From NCBI GenBank assembly GCA_050084985.1, contig JBITNC010000001.1:163246001-163310000 (forward strand): a stretch of 64,000 nt of DNA, in the 5' to 3' direction. The stretch is from Nageia nagi. Its lineage: Eukaryota; Plantae; Pinophyta. The translations under genes were made by a program, and so were the position numbers. Positions 51,959-64,000 of this stretch are shown piece after piece (position 1 is the first letter of the stretch; each line of letters opens with the position of its first letter). Under the pieces are notes generated by a model. The model saw nothing but the letters and a program-made list of their open reading frames with translations, had not been told where the DNA came from and did not search any database.

Positions 51959-54900
51959 TAGTGTTTAAAAAATAGCCGTTTAAATGTGAAATTCGTAAAT
52001 GTTTAAATTTTTTAAAAATGACGAACCTTTCCTGAAAAATTACGTACTCCCACAATCTTTTATCACGATTTTTCCACATTTTTTTGCACTATTTTTCAAA
52101 AAAAAAAAAAAAACGCGAACTTGGACCAAAAATTACGAACATTTAGATATTGCCGATTTCATACTTAGAAAAAAAGTCAAAAAAATGCAAATAAATTGCA
52201 TATAAACATTGAAAAAAACATGCAAAGTGGCATGAATTCATAGGTTTAAAGACACAAAAAAATCTCCCAAATGCGAACAAAAATGCATTTATACGCAAAG
52301 AAAACACCTAAAACACCTCGAATTCACCGCCAAATAGAGACAAATTGTTAGTTTTGGGGTTAAATAGAAAAAGCTCTTCATTTTGTTATTTCACTTTACA
52401 TGTTTGAGGGTAGAAGACTGGAGTTGAGGGGAGCAAGAAAAGAGCTGAGGGGAGCGAGATAGAAGTTGAGGGGAGCATTATGTTGGTGATTTGGAGCTGA
52501 GGGGAGCATTGTTCAAGATTATTTAGTGTTTTGGAGGTAACAGAAGATTTTTGGGGCTGCACTTAAGATCTCCTCATTTCTCATACATTCTGTTACATCC
52601 TCTTTGGCAGTATGTAACACATCTGGGGGGCAAACCAAGTACTCCAGGGAAGATACAATGTAACTTGTGTCAAAAGATTTTCGTTGGAGGGATTAATAGG
52701 TTCAACATTCTTGTTTCTCAAAAAAGAGGGAGAGGTGTGGAAGTCTGCTCTGGTGCAAGTGTAGATCTTATTCTTGAGGCAAACGAAGACTTGGACTCTA
52801 CAGTACAGAGAAGGGCGAGGAAGGATGCAGTTCAAATGGAGCTAAGAGTAGGGATGTCTTCTAGTGCTAGAAGTGTAAGTTATAGTCAATCTCAAACTTT
52901 TGGTACTAGTGCTTCTAGACTCGGACTCTCTCCCTACTTTGGGCCACGAACAACACCTGCAGCCCAACCATCTATTACAAGTTTACTAAACAAGATTGAG
53001 AAGAAAAAAGCAGATTTGTTAGTTGTTAAGCTGATATATTATGAAGGTTTGCCAATCAACATTACTAGGAGCCCTTATTGGCAAGCAATGTTTGATGTAG
53101 TTTGTGCGATTAGGGTTGGGTATAAGGCTCCCACTTATGCAGAAGTGCAAGGGCCTCTTGTGCAGGTGTGCTTAGATAGGTACGTCAATATTTTAAACAT
53201 ATTTCTTTACTTGCAATTTTTAACTTTTTAGTCACATTTTAATTTTTTATAGAGTTGTATTTTAATTTATAGTTGTTTTGTTTTGTTTTTGTTTTTCCAG
53301 ATTGTCTTCAATTAAAGAGTCCTAAAAGATAACGGGTTGCACCATAATGTTTGACGGGTGGAGAGACATGAAGGGTAGAACCCTTATTAATTTCCTTGTG
53401 TATTGCCCACGTGGAACACTTTTCATGAGATCCATTGATGCATCCGCACAAATAAAGGATTCAAAAATATTACTCAATTTTTTAGACTAGTTTGTGTAGG
53501 AGGTGGGAGTGTTCTTTGTGTAGGAGGAGGGAGTGGAGCACGTTGTCCAAGCGATTACGGACAACATTGCAAACTATGTTCTAGATGGGGAATTACTTAT
53601 GGACAAGTATCCCACCATTTTTTTTGACTCCATATGCTGCCCATTGCATTGATCTTATTTTGGAGGACATAGGGAAATTGGATTTGGTGAGAGGGGTGGT
53701 TGAGCAAGGAAGGTCAATCACTAAGTACATTTATAATAAATTCATAGTTCTTAGCATGACGAGGAAATACACCCGCAACAAGGAGTTGTTGTGCCCAATA
53801 GCCACACAGTTTGCCTCTAATTTTATCTTTCTTCAATCATTGCTCAAAAGCATGTCCAAGCTTTAGGCAATTTTTGTTTCTAGAGAATGACTTTCTACTG
53901 CCTTGAGCACGAGGCCAAAGGGACAAAAGGTGGTTGCTTTGATAGGTAGGTAGGAAGTTTGGGATGGGATTGGAGAGATTTGTTCAGTGATTGGGCCACT
54001 TGTTGGTGTCCTTCGCTTAGTTGATGGGGATAGACTTGCTATGGGCTACTTGTATGAGGCCATGGATAGGGCCAAAGGGAGCATTAAGAAATATTAGATG
54101 ATGATAATGAGTTTGGTGACAAGTTCAACATCTTTTGGAATATCATTTATGAGTGATGGGACAACATGCTCCATCGCCCTATTCATGCAGCAGGGGCCAT
54201 GTTGAACCCTACATTATTATTTGCACCAGGATCCAAAATGTTGAAAGATCATGAGGTTACGAGAGGGGTAAGTTTAAATTTAAAATTAAAGTATTGCAAC
54301 AAAATGTATGAAGGTCTTGGTTAATAATATAATATTTTTAATTTTATTAATGGCATTTAATTTGAAATTTTAACTTGGGTATCAAAATGCATATGCAGTA
54401 TGGTGAGAGATCCCACAAATAGTGCCCAAATCTTAAAGGACATGGAGATGTACAAAATGCCACATGGCTTCTTTGGTTTTGGTGGAGCTATAGAGACACA
54501 TGGGGACCTCTCTCAAGGTGAGAGGAAACTTCAAGTTCAAACTTCAAACTAAATAATAAATATTTTGAAATTCAAATTGTTCAACTTCATTTTGTTGTTT
54601 TTAATCTTTAGTATTACTATTGTATACATTTAAGCTTTTACTATTTTTAATATTTTCTAATTTGTTTTGTATTTTAGATGTATGGTGGATAAATTTTGGA
54701 GGTGATACACCTAAATTGCAAAACATAGCCATCTGCATACTTAGTCAAACATGTACCTCTTCAGGATGCGAGCGCAAATAGAGTGCCTTTGAAAAATTCA
54801 CTCCAAGAGGTGTAGCAAGTTAGCAATTTTATTCATTTCAATTTTGATTCTTAGTTCTTGCAAATTTGCAATTAGGTTTCAATTTGCAATTGATATGGCG

Positions 54901-55789
54901 AAATTTGTTTAAATGTTATTCGGTTGTCGATGCAATGCATGGATGATATTTTGTATTTCTATGTCAACTTGCGATTGTATGTGAAGCAATTGCACAAGGC
55001 GGATAGTGGGGAACCCATTGATTTGTCTTCCATTGATCCCTAATATAATGATGCACCTCCATGTGATGTCATAGAAGATGAAAATTTGGAAGAGGAGTTT
55101 CGGGCTGAATTGATTAAGTTGGGGGAATAGATTGACATAGGCACAAGCACTAGCAAATTACCAAGTGTGGAGGAGGTCCAACCCTAGGAGGAGGAGCATG
55201 CACACACACAGGAGTAGGATCTATTCCCTATTGTGGATGTTCATGGCAAAGGAATAGAAGTCTCTCCTAATATTTTCACTCCTAGTGGTAGTAAATCATA
55301 TGGTTATGGTGGTCGATATAAGAGGGGCAACGGCCATGGATGCCTTGATTGACATTGTATTACACTATTACTTTTTTTGTACTTGTTGGCACTTGGCAAG
55401 TTCGCACTAGGCAATAGACATTTATGATTTGACATACATTTTGATTTTGTATATCTATTATTGATGATCGATATTATGAACTTGTGATTTATGATTTTTG
55501 TCTATCATACGAATATGAATTATGATGAATGATGAATGAAAATGTTTTATAGCAATTAGATAAACATATTCTATGGAAAATTCGAAAAATATAAAAAATT
55601 TGCATGTTTTTTTTTGTTTTTTTAATGTATAACTTTTTTTCTCCATTTTTGTCGTTTTTTTCGCGTTTGTTCATGTTTAAATATACCATGTATTTTTCCT
55701 GTTTTTCCCGTACTTTTGACGATTTTTAAAACTTGACCCCAATACGTATATACTATGTATATACTTGGTACCTGATTTTTCAAACATGG
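51959..55789 (+). mobile_element. hAT DNA transposon (BED, DUF659, dimerisation domain), full length
   Basis: Perfect 8-bp TSD gaaatatc (51951-58 / 55790-97) and TIRs tagtgtttaaaaaat / atttttcaaacatgg. Transposase motifs: WQYV..CNLC, LPINITRSPYW, GCTIMFDGW, AAHCIDLILED and WWINFGGDTPKLQ..SGCER. Confidence 0.9.
52606..55330 (+). pseudogene. hAT transposase, decayed, with introns
   Basis: Motifs as listed for the element. Numerous stops. The 3' limit is approximate. Confidence 0.83.
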
Positions 55790-58628
55790 GAAATATCAAT
55801 CATAAAAGGAAGAAAATGAAAAATCAAGCATAGATTTGGCTTCATGACCCTCAAAAAGGCCTTTGAGGCAAGTTTTAGGTTCATCAGACCCAGAAAAAAG
55901 ACTGGCCTCGGCTTTGTAGCAACATGACAAAGTTTAATGTCGGCCCTGTAGCAGCATGACAAGGTTGACCTCAGCCCTGTTTTTAAGGTATTTTCATCCT
56001 AGGAAAATGGCGTGTCTTCTTTGTGCTTCAGGAAGTCAATGTCAGGTTTTGTTCTTTAGTTTGAGCAATTTTTTGGCGATGAAAAGATGAATTCCCTCTA
56101 AGAAAAAGTTGCAATAATTGTCAACAAAAAGTGACAAAGTTGTCAGCATGAGCAAGTCAGAATATCTTAGTTTAAAGTTAGAATCTCAGAAAACCAAGAA
56201 TGGAATCAATCTTAGCTTAGTTCAAGGGTCCACTAGGGCAAGTTTGAAGGTTTTCATATGTAGAAACGGGGTCAACCCAGCCTTGTAGCAGCAAGACAAG
56301 GGTGACCCAGGCCCTATTTTTGAATTATTTTCAAAAAATGAAAGTAGCAGGCACCTTCTCTCAGGCTTAGAAGGTTAGTTTGACACTTTATTTTTTAGTT
56401 CTGGCAGTTTTAGCCTTAAAAAGTGAGATTTTCCACCATAAAAAACTTGTGAAAATTGTCAACAAGAAGTGCAATGTTGTCATCATATGAAATTAAAAAT
56501 ATCTCAGTTCAGCGTCAGTATCTCAGAAAATCAGGAACGGAAGCAGTCTCAGCTTAGTTCCAGGATTCATCGGCGCACATTTGAAGGCCTTCGGAACAAA
56601 GAACAAGGTCGACCTCGGCTCTGTAGTAGCAAGAGAAGGCCGACCTCAGCCTCACGTTGGAAGAATTTCAGCTCCAAGAAAAAAATCAGGACCTATCTCA
56701 TAGCTTTAAGAGGTCGTTTTGGCCATTTTCAAGTCAAAATGAGGAATTTTTAAGAAGCAAGTTTTTTTTGGTCCTAAACTTTTTCAAAAATCAAAGAAAA
56801 ATCAGAAATCAGCTTGGCAACTATAGAAGACTCCTAGACCAGCTAATGAGAAAAAAAAATCATTTGAAAAAGAGAAAAATGGAGAAAGTTATGGAAGTTT
56901 TAGGCTAAAATTTGGACGCAACTGAAGGGCGGCTTGGGGGGCTCTCACAATATGCAAACCATTCCCCATTTCTTATTTTTCTTCATCTCATATCTTTATT
57001 GTATTTTAAGAATAGTAAGAAAAATACAGAATTGAAAAATCCAATCCAGAAGACCCTCGTCCAAGCTTTCAAATCCGACAACGTTTTGGAGATTCAAAAC
57101 TCCAAAAAGGTAAAAATCATGTATATCAAGTTTTTCTTGCAAAATTGTTCAATTCTTGCAAAAAAATAAAAAATGTTATTTCATAGTATATCATGATAAA
57201 TTTGATAAATATCAATGCTTTTCAAGTTATTTAAAAAATTTCAGAATTTTTACGCATTTTGGTCTATGGGACATTGGAAGACCTGTCACGGCAATCCCAC
57301 AATGATTCTGTTGTTGCTGCCTATGGATCTTCCTCCACCATTGCAACAACTTGTTCTATGGCTTCCAATTCATCAAAGCTGAATCGAACATGGGTTAATT
57401 TCATCCAATTCTATCGCCTTGTGATTGTTTCCTTGAATTTTGCTGTGGAGAAGGAGAAGGTTATAATGCACAAATATCAAATCAGTTAAGCACTATTGGG
57501 TGAGCTTGTTGCATGAGTGGATATTCTCAAATGTGCTCCAATTTCACTCACACCTAGAAGCACTATGGTTAGAATTAAAATTTTAATTGTCAACTTTTTA
57601 AGATTTGGCATCTTAGCGCCATAATCCTCCCACCATATATCTGAAAAATAATTAAGAAATAAGATTTTGACTCATATTAGTTAAACAATTCAATAAAATA
57701 AAATGCATTAGTTTTACTGGTAAAACTTGTTTTTACCTAGAGCTTGAGTTTCCCTTGCGTAAAGGCATTGTTGAGATTCAAAGAGGTAGCCTTATGCCTT
57801 CTTATAGATTTGAAGCTCATCTACTAGTTTATGCCTTGTAGCCACATTGGTCACCATACTCTCTATGATCATAAAAGAACATGGGATTTGAAGTGCTTTG
57901 AACCGTGCACCACAACTTGCGATGGCATTGACCATGTACTCACAATGTGGTGATCTTGCCACATTGAAAGGAATGTTTGAGAAATACTGAAATTTGGCAC
58001 ATGCCTTTCCTGCTTCTTGAACCTTCTTCTTGTTCCATGAGACATCAAGCTAGGGTTGTGTTGTGCTTGCACAACACACCCCAAGATGTAGCATTTTGGG
58101 GACCCTATTTTTGCAAAGGTAATGAGGTGCATTGTCTTGAGATTGGCTTTTGCGCGACGGATAGTTCATTCTGAAGAGTGCAAACATGATATCAGGGAGC
58201 AGTTCAAGGAGATCATGCGACAAAGACCCTAAAGAGTATCAAAGTATCCAACCGCCAATTTTGTAGCCAAGGAGCCAGGATCTGAGAGATAGCATGAGAG
58301 CATGGATTTTTGGGTCCAGAGTGCAGTCAATAGAGATGGGGTCGTCTTTCAGAGTGATAAGCTCACAAATGCCAAATATGACAAAAATGAGCATTTTTGT
58401 AGAGTTTAAGTTCGAGTGCCTTGAAAATGACAAGGATAGCAAAAATTGATGTTTTTGTCAAAGTTAACCCCGAAGAGCTGGAAAAGGGCAAGGTAGAACT
58501 TGGAAATGGTCAGTATGGTGAAAATGTGTGTTTTTGCACGATTTGATCCGGAAAGCTCGAAAATGACCAAAAGTGACGAGTTGAGCCCATAATGGCTAGA
58601 AATGTCGAAAATGGGCGGAATTGAATAC

Positions 58629-58830
58629 TTTGAGCTTGAAAATGCCAGAAATGATGGAAATGACAACTTTGAGCTTGAAAAGGCGGAAATGGTCGTTTTT
58701 GCATCGTTTGAGCTTGGAAATCATCGAAAATGCAAAGTTTGAGCTCGGAGGTGCTGGAAAGGGTGTTTTGGTTGAGTTTGAACTTGAAAATGCCGGGAAT
58801 GGTCGGAAATGCATAGATTGAGTCCAGGAT
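58629..58830. repeat. ~39-bp-period repeat with tttgagcttg core
   Basis: Cores at ~58629, 58668, 58707, 58738 and 58777. Confidence 0.65.
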
Positions 58831-58861
58831 GGATTGAAAGTGCAAGATTGAGTACCCTTAG

Positions 58862-60540
58862 CTTAAAGCACATTTTCCCAAGGTATTGAAAACCCAAGTG
58901 GGGGAAAATGGTGCATGTTTCTCATAGATAAATGCAGATGGTATCGGAATTCGAGTCTAAGAGCATATTCAGAGAGATAAGGTGAATTCTATCACAATTA
59001 GGACTCGAAATTTTCGATTTTGACCAAGTCTAAGGTACTCAAAGGCTAGGCGCAGTTTTTCAAGCCTATGGGAAAACCATAGAGATGATTTTTGGCGCCT
59101 ATATTGTGGAGGAAAAGTGGAAATGCATCAGAATTTAAATGTAAATGCATAGATGGATGGAAGAGGTGATTCTAAGACACATTAGGTCCAAATTTTTGAT
59201 TTTGAGCAAGTAAAGACCCCTAGAATGCTAGGCGCAAGTTTCTAGAGTTTTCCAATTCCAATGGAGTGAAAAATGGCGCCTAGGATGACAAGATGGAATG
59301 TTTTTTGACCAAAAATCAAGTTTAAGTGCTTGAGACCAAGGAAAACATGATTGTAAGCACATTTAGTTCTCAAAAATTTCGATTTTGAGCACATTTGAGC
59401 ACTCTAAAGGCTAGGCACAGGTTTTGAGAGCTATGGAAATCCAATGGGATGAAAAATGGCGCCTAGAATAAAAATTTTGATAAATTTTGGTCAAAACTCA
59501 AGTTTAAGGGGTCCATTGGGTGTAAAATGTGATTTCTAGCACATTTAGGTCTTGAAAATTTGGAAATTGAGCAAGTTTTGGGCACCAAAATGCTAGGTGC
59601 AGTTTTCCATATTTTTCGAAATCCATAGAAGTGAAAAATGGCGCCTAACTTGGAGGGATAAGTGCAAAACTCATTAAAATTGATTCCAAGGTGTCCATTG
59701 GGTGAAAAACATCATTTTTAGCACATTTGAACTTGCAATTTTTCAACTTTGAGCAAGGAAAGTGGCCCAAATTCCTAGGCGCAGGTTTGCAAGGCTATGG
59801 AAATCCAATAGGATGAATTTTGGCGCCTAAGTCAGGGAGGAAGATGGATTTTTGATCAAAAACCAAATTTGAAGACATAAATGGGTAAAACACCCCATTC
59901 TAAGCACATTTAAACTCGAAAAATTTCATTTTTGAGCAAGTTTGGGGGCACAAATATCCAGGTGCAGGTTTGAGGCTGTTTGAAGATCCATAGGGCTGAA
60001 ATCTAGTGCCTAAGTTGCCAAGAATTCACAAATTTGGTCCAAAAGTCATGTGTGAGCACTTCATTGCATAGAAAATGCCATTTAAAACACATTTAGGTCT
60101 ACAAAAAAGTGATTTTGGGCTCATTTAATGCCTCTAGCAGCTAGGCGCAGGTTTTCATCTCATTACAAATCCATAGAACTGAAAATCAGCGCCTAAGATG
60201 GAGAGATAAGTGCCAATTTACTCAAAAATCAAGTTGGACCCCTTCATTGCATGGAGAAAGACATTCCAAGCACCTTTAACCTTTCAAATTTTCGATTTTG
60301 AGCACATATAAGGCACCAAAATGCTAGGCACAGTTTTCCAAGTGTATGGAATTCCAACGAGATGAAAACTAGCGCCTAACTTGATGAGGATTTACAAATT
60401 TTGCTCAAAATTCGAAATTTTTTCCTTCATTGCATGGAAAATGGAATTCTAAGAAACTTTAAACTTGCAAGTTTTCAAATTTGAGCAAGTTAAAGTGCTC
60501 AAAAATCTAGGAGGCATTTTTCATTCCTATGGAAATTTTC
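58862..60540. repeat. 182-183-bp tandem array (~9 units), each unit with a ~55-bp dyad
   Basis: The anchor (g)ctaggcgca occurs at 59045, 59227, 59410, 59592, 59774, 59957, 60140, 60323 and 60506. Confidence 0.9.
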
Positions 60541-61080
60541 ACTTTTTTCTATCAAAAAAATCCATAGACATGAAAATCGAAAATTTTGCCAAAAACTTCA
60601 AATCTTTACCAAAACCTCTCAAAACTTGCCAATGACCTTGAAATCCCATCCTTCATCCATCCATGGGGTCAAATCCACTTTTTAAAAATTTTCCAAATTT
60701 CGGACCCCTACCCATCTTTTTTCGAAAAATAGACCAAAAAAATCCACTTTTTTGAAAAATTCTCTCAGAATCCGTTGAAAATTTGCCACAATGATCACAT
60801 CAAAGGCAAATCCAAGTTCAGAAAAAGGAGCTCAAAAGATTGTTAGAAGGATCCACAACGAGGATTTGAAGCTCCATTTTTTGCCAGATTGATCCAAAAC
60901 GCTTTGAAATGCATTCCAGAGAGCATCAATTTTTGTAAATATTTTATTTCTAGCATATTTTAGTGGGATGAGAGTGTTCTCCCACTAAAACAATATTGTA
61001 ATCTCAATTTAGCATTCAAATTAGCATTTTAAAGCGTTTTTAGAAATTAGGGCAACACTTGAGAATTTGACCTAATTTTG

Positions 61081-61090
61081 CCTATAAATA
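61081..61090 (+). promoter_or_regulatory. Putative LTR TATA box
   Basis: cctataaata followed by ..tctcattttc, a context like that in the other LTRs here (tataa..gcctcattt). Confidence 0.5.
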
Positions 61091-63417
61091 AGTGGCATGG
61101 GGTCTCATTTTCACTAGAGCTCATTTTGTGAAAAAATTGAAACTTCTGTAAAAGAGGAGCAAATTGATGTATCCTTGCAAAACTCTTTTACAAGTTAATA
61201 CAAAGTGATTAAAGCAAAGATCGAACTTGTTTATCCATTTATGGTGTTGTGAATTGTTTCTTAAGGATTATCATTGCTCGTTTGACACTTTCACGTCCTT
61301 CCTTTGAAAACTCATGAGTTTTAAGGAATGTATCATTGCTTTATTCTTTAAAGTGTTGGAAATCAGTCTTTGATAGTTGCTTGGTTCACAACATGCATGT
61401 AGATGAGGTATTCTGAATCTGTTTCCTGTTTTATAATATCAAAGTAGAGGTTTACATCCAAACTCTTGTTCTTCCCACGTTCTTCCACCATGTCCATTTG
61501 ATTGCTCGCAATCGGCATTCCTCCCCGCTCCTTTTTGGAACAACTCGAACATAGTTGTTTGTTCGCAAAGCTGGATGAATTGGATGAAATCCCTAAACTG
61601 ATTAGAAAAGGATGAACTTTTTAAACAATGCTTCATCGTGGTGACTCGTTTGGTATCTAAGCAAGTATCCGTTTCCGTTTCACAAAGTGTAGTCTCTCAC
61701 TTTACAGTATTTTATTTATGCTTTCTTTGTGCTTTCAAAACCAAATACAATCGTTAAGTCCACACATAGATATTTTGAATAAACTCTATACATCAAATAA
61801 AACAACGTTGGTTAACAGGCTGCTACCTCTCATTCCATTCCATTGAGGCTGATTCCAAAGAGGGATACCACACTTTTATTTATCCATCCCTATCTCGAAA
61901 CACACTTAGCGAACACACCTTACAACATAACAAGGTTGGGGTTGCTAGGCGGGGTGTTCTACAAGAGCCTTGGAGGTACACAGTCCTTTTCAACCAAGGG
62001 AATTGGTAATGCATTCCCAACTATGTTGTTGGGCGGCTTGTAAGTCCTACACGCAATCTTCAGAGGGTCGCCGCGGGAAAGGAAAGCATCCCAACAGGTT
62101 GGCTGCCAAGAGCTGAACGGGAGACATAATAATCACATGTTATTGCATCAAATGAAGCTACAAGAAACCCTTGCTGAACCCTAGGGCCAATGTTGCTGTG
62201 AACTTCATCTGAATCTATGGGAAAAGGTGGAGGTGTTTCCATTTCTGTTTGAGTTGTTTTTATAATGACTTTTTTTTTCTTCTAATGCCTCCAAATAAGC
62301 ATTCATCTCTCGTAGTTGCAGAGTCTAACATCTCGGCCAGGGATTCTAGCAAGCTGAAATTTCAGGCCCCCACGGACAACTAAACCATAATAGTTACATA
62401 TTGTTTGCCCTTGTTTTGGATCTTGTGTGCAATGTTTCTAAACAGGGTCTCTTTAAAGTCTTTGTGAGCCTCTATGTGTGCCTATGGGTGTTGAAGAACT
62501 CATGTTGACAGTTAAACAAATAAATAACCCTACAACTGTAAATAGAAACAACAAACCAAAAGCAACTGTTACAAAGATTTTAAAGAGAATAGCAGCAAAT
62601 AGATTACAATTTATAAGCACAAAAAAAGAATACAAGTAGGAAAAAACAAGCAAAACAAAGTTACAAACATTGTATATTCTAAAAACAAGTAAAAAAGAAT
62701 TCTAAACCTGGAGAATGAGTGAAAAATTTGTCAAAATGCACTTGCAATGAGAATTCCAGTTCTTGAAAACAAGTTAGCAGCAGCAAGAGTGAGTGAGAAG
62801 TGAGGTAGAGATTTTCGTTTTTATCATTTTTCAGCATTCTGTTTTTGATATAATTGTGTAATTTCATGGACTTGACAATTTCTCAACAAGTAATTGCAGA
62901 AAAATTGCCCATACGCGGCCTTAAAATACTCATTGAGTTGTTTGCGAGTTGCTTGCAAGACTTTGCTCGGCTTGCTACTCGGTGAGTTATGTGATTACTT
63001 GTTGAGTTTGATATCAATGGTGATATTGATGAGACCATCCTAAACACTCCGGGTAGATGTTCTCTCCTCGTAGCTCATCATTTTGATTCTTGCGTACTAT
63101 GGTGATTCATGTTTAGTAGATATTTTTTTCATAGTTCTTAATGATATGTTATGATAATTATTGTTCATGTGTATCAGTTAATTATGTATTTCATTTTCTT
63201 CGTATTTATTTTTATGATGTTTACTTACTAGGGGGGTGCTTGATCGTTATTAAGATTTTCTAATGTACCCCATGACACCCATGATAGGCGGAAACCCCTC
63301 TAAACATTTGAACCCCTTGCAGGACCTTTTCTAATCTTTTTTGCGAATTCATTTTTGCTTTGAATCCCTTTTTCACAACAGGTTAAAAATGCAAAATTCT
63401 AGGCTCATGGTATTCAC

Positions 63418-64000
63418 CAAAGTTGTCAAACTCAGACTTGGCGCAGACTCACCGAGACCCACTTGGATTCAGGATTCGGGAAGAAAATCGGTTGGACTCG
63501 GAAAAAATCAGCAAAATGAAAAAAATACATATATTTTCATTGAAAACATATTTTTTTCAACAATAACATCAACATTATACAATCTACAATATACACAATT
63601 ACAAATGGCGTATAGGAAGTGGCATATGTTTATATTTATCAAAATGTTAAAACTTAAAAGTTAAAACTTCAGTGTTCACAATACAAATTACAAAATGTGC
63701 CTACAAATCTATGATGGCTACAAAATAAAAAAGCTGCAGCGCACAATCTAATTAATAAATCTATCATGGCTGAAAACATCAATTCTTTGCTGTTCTTTTC
63801 TCCTTTGACCTAGCATAAGATACAAGCTCGTTTTGTGCCTGAGATATGGAATTGGATGCCACTTCCCCTTGTTGTGCCCTTTGCTCTTCTTACCCCCTTG
63901 CTGCCATCTCCTTTGCTAGATTTTCAAGATCATCAACAAGAATATTGGGAATATTAGGATCTTGTGTGTGTAACTCTATAGGCTGATCCTTATCATCTAA
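63418..64000 (-). mobile_element. Terminus of a further hAT element running off the window
   Basis: TIR-like caaagttgtcaaactc followed by gactc(g) subterminal repeats, then an acidic C-terminal-like frame on the minus strand. The other end is not visible. Confidence 0.55.

Larger units (their letters stand above)
51730..57270. repeat. Non-coding element with AGGTCGACCT-core repeats (inverted and ~340-bp tandem copies) that hosts the hAT insertion
   Basis: 51745-51790 is the inverted copy of ~55940-55985, and related paired motifs recur at ~56265-56320 and ~56605-56655. Boundaries are approximate. Confidence 0.5.
57974..61996 (+). mobile_element. Very long solo LTR (~4.0 kb) with internal tandem arrays
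   Basis: TGTTTGAGA...TTTCAACCA termini and TSD aggaa/aggga. Its removal restores the hAT frame. TATA-like cctataaata at 61081-90; no coding motifs. Confidence 0.75.
57275..63019 (-). mobile_element. Internally deleted hAT remnant split by a 4-kb LTR
   Basis: Dimerisation domain (WWEDYGAKMPNLKKL, NWSTFENIH, LIFVHYNL) at 57400-57640. IPFNVARSPH..MVNAIASCG reads across the LTR insertion. A terminus-like gagtttgatatcaatg ends at 63019; no TSD found. Confidence 0.7.

Noticed and set aside
58629-60540. CRISPR-like repeat-spacer appearance
   Set aside because: The repeats are degenerate, the spacers are homologous to each other, there are no cas genes, and the context is a eukaryotic LTR.

Overview
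Eukaryotic, AT-rich, transposon-saturated plant DNA, most consistent with a conifer/gymnosperm (inferred from the element families and intron size; no search was run). The only host coding sequence I can support is two spliced + strand exons (29056-29258, 48573-48651) of an RluA/RluD-family RNA pseudouridine synthase resembling Arabidopsis At1g76050. They are separated by a 19,314-bp intron, and the neighbouring exons are not visible, so the whole window is probably intronic. The rest is nested mobile DNA: two complete Copia elements in divergent orientation, several Ty3/Gypsy remnants, five solo LTRs with target-site duplications (TSDs; one tentative), two full-length hAT elements and one hAT MITE with perfect 8-bp TSDs, two partial hATs, and a decayed MULE/SWIM-type transposase gene of the At1g60560 class. 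The most unusual features are: (i) non-autonomous Gypsy derivatives whose pol is replaced by a 30-bp repeat array or by mosaic cargo resembling PPR fragments; (ii) a ~4-kb solo LTR with nine strictly 182-183-bp units, each carrying a ~55-bp dyad; (iii) one junction near 40330 that could explain four half-elements. All coordinates and alignments were read by eye.
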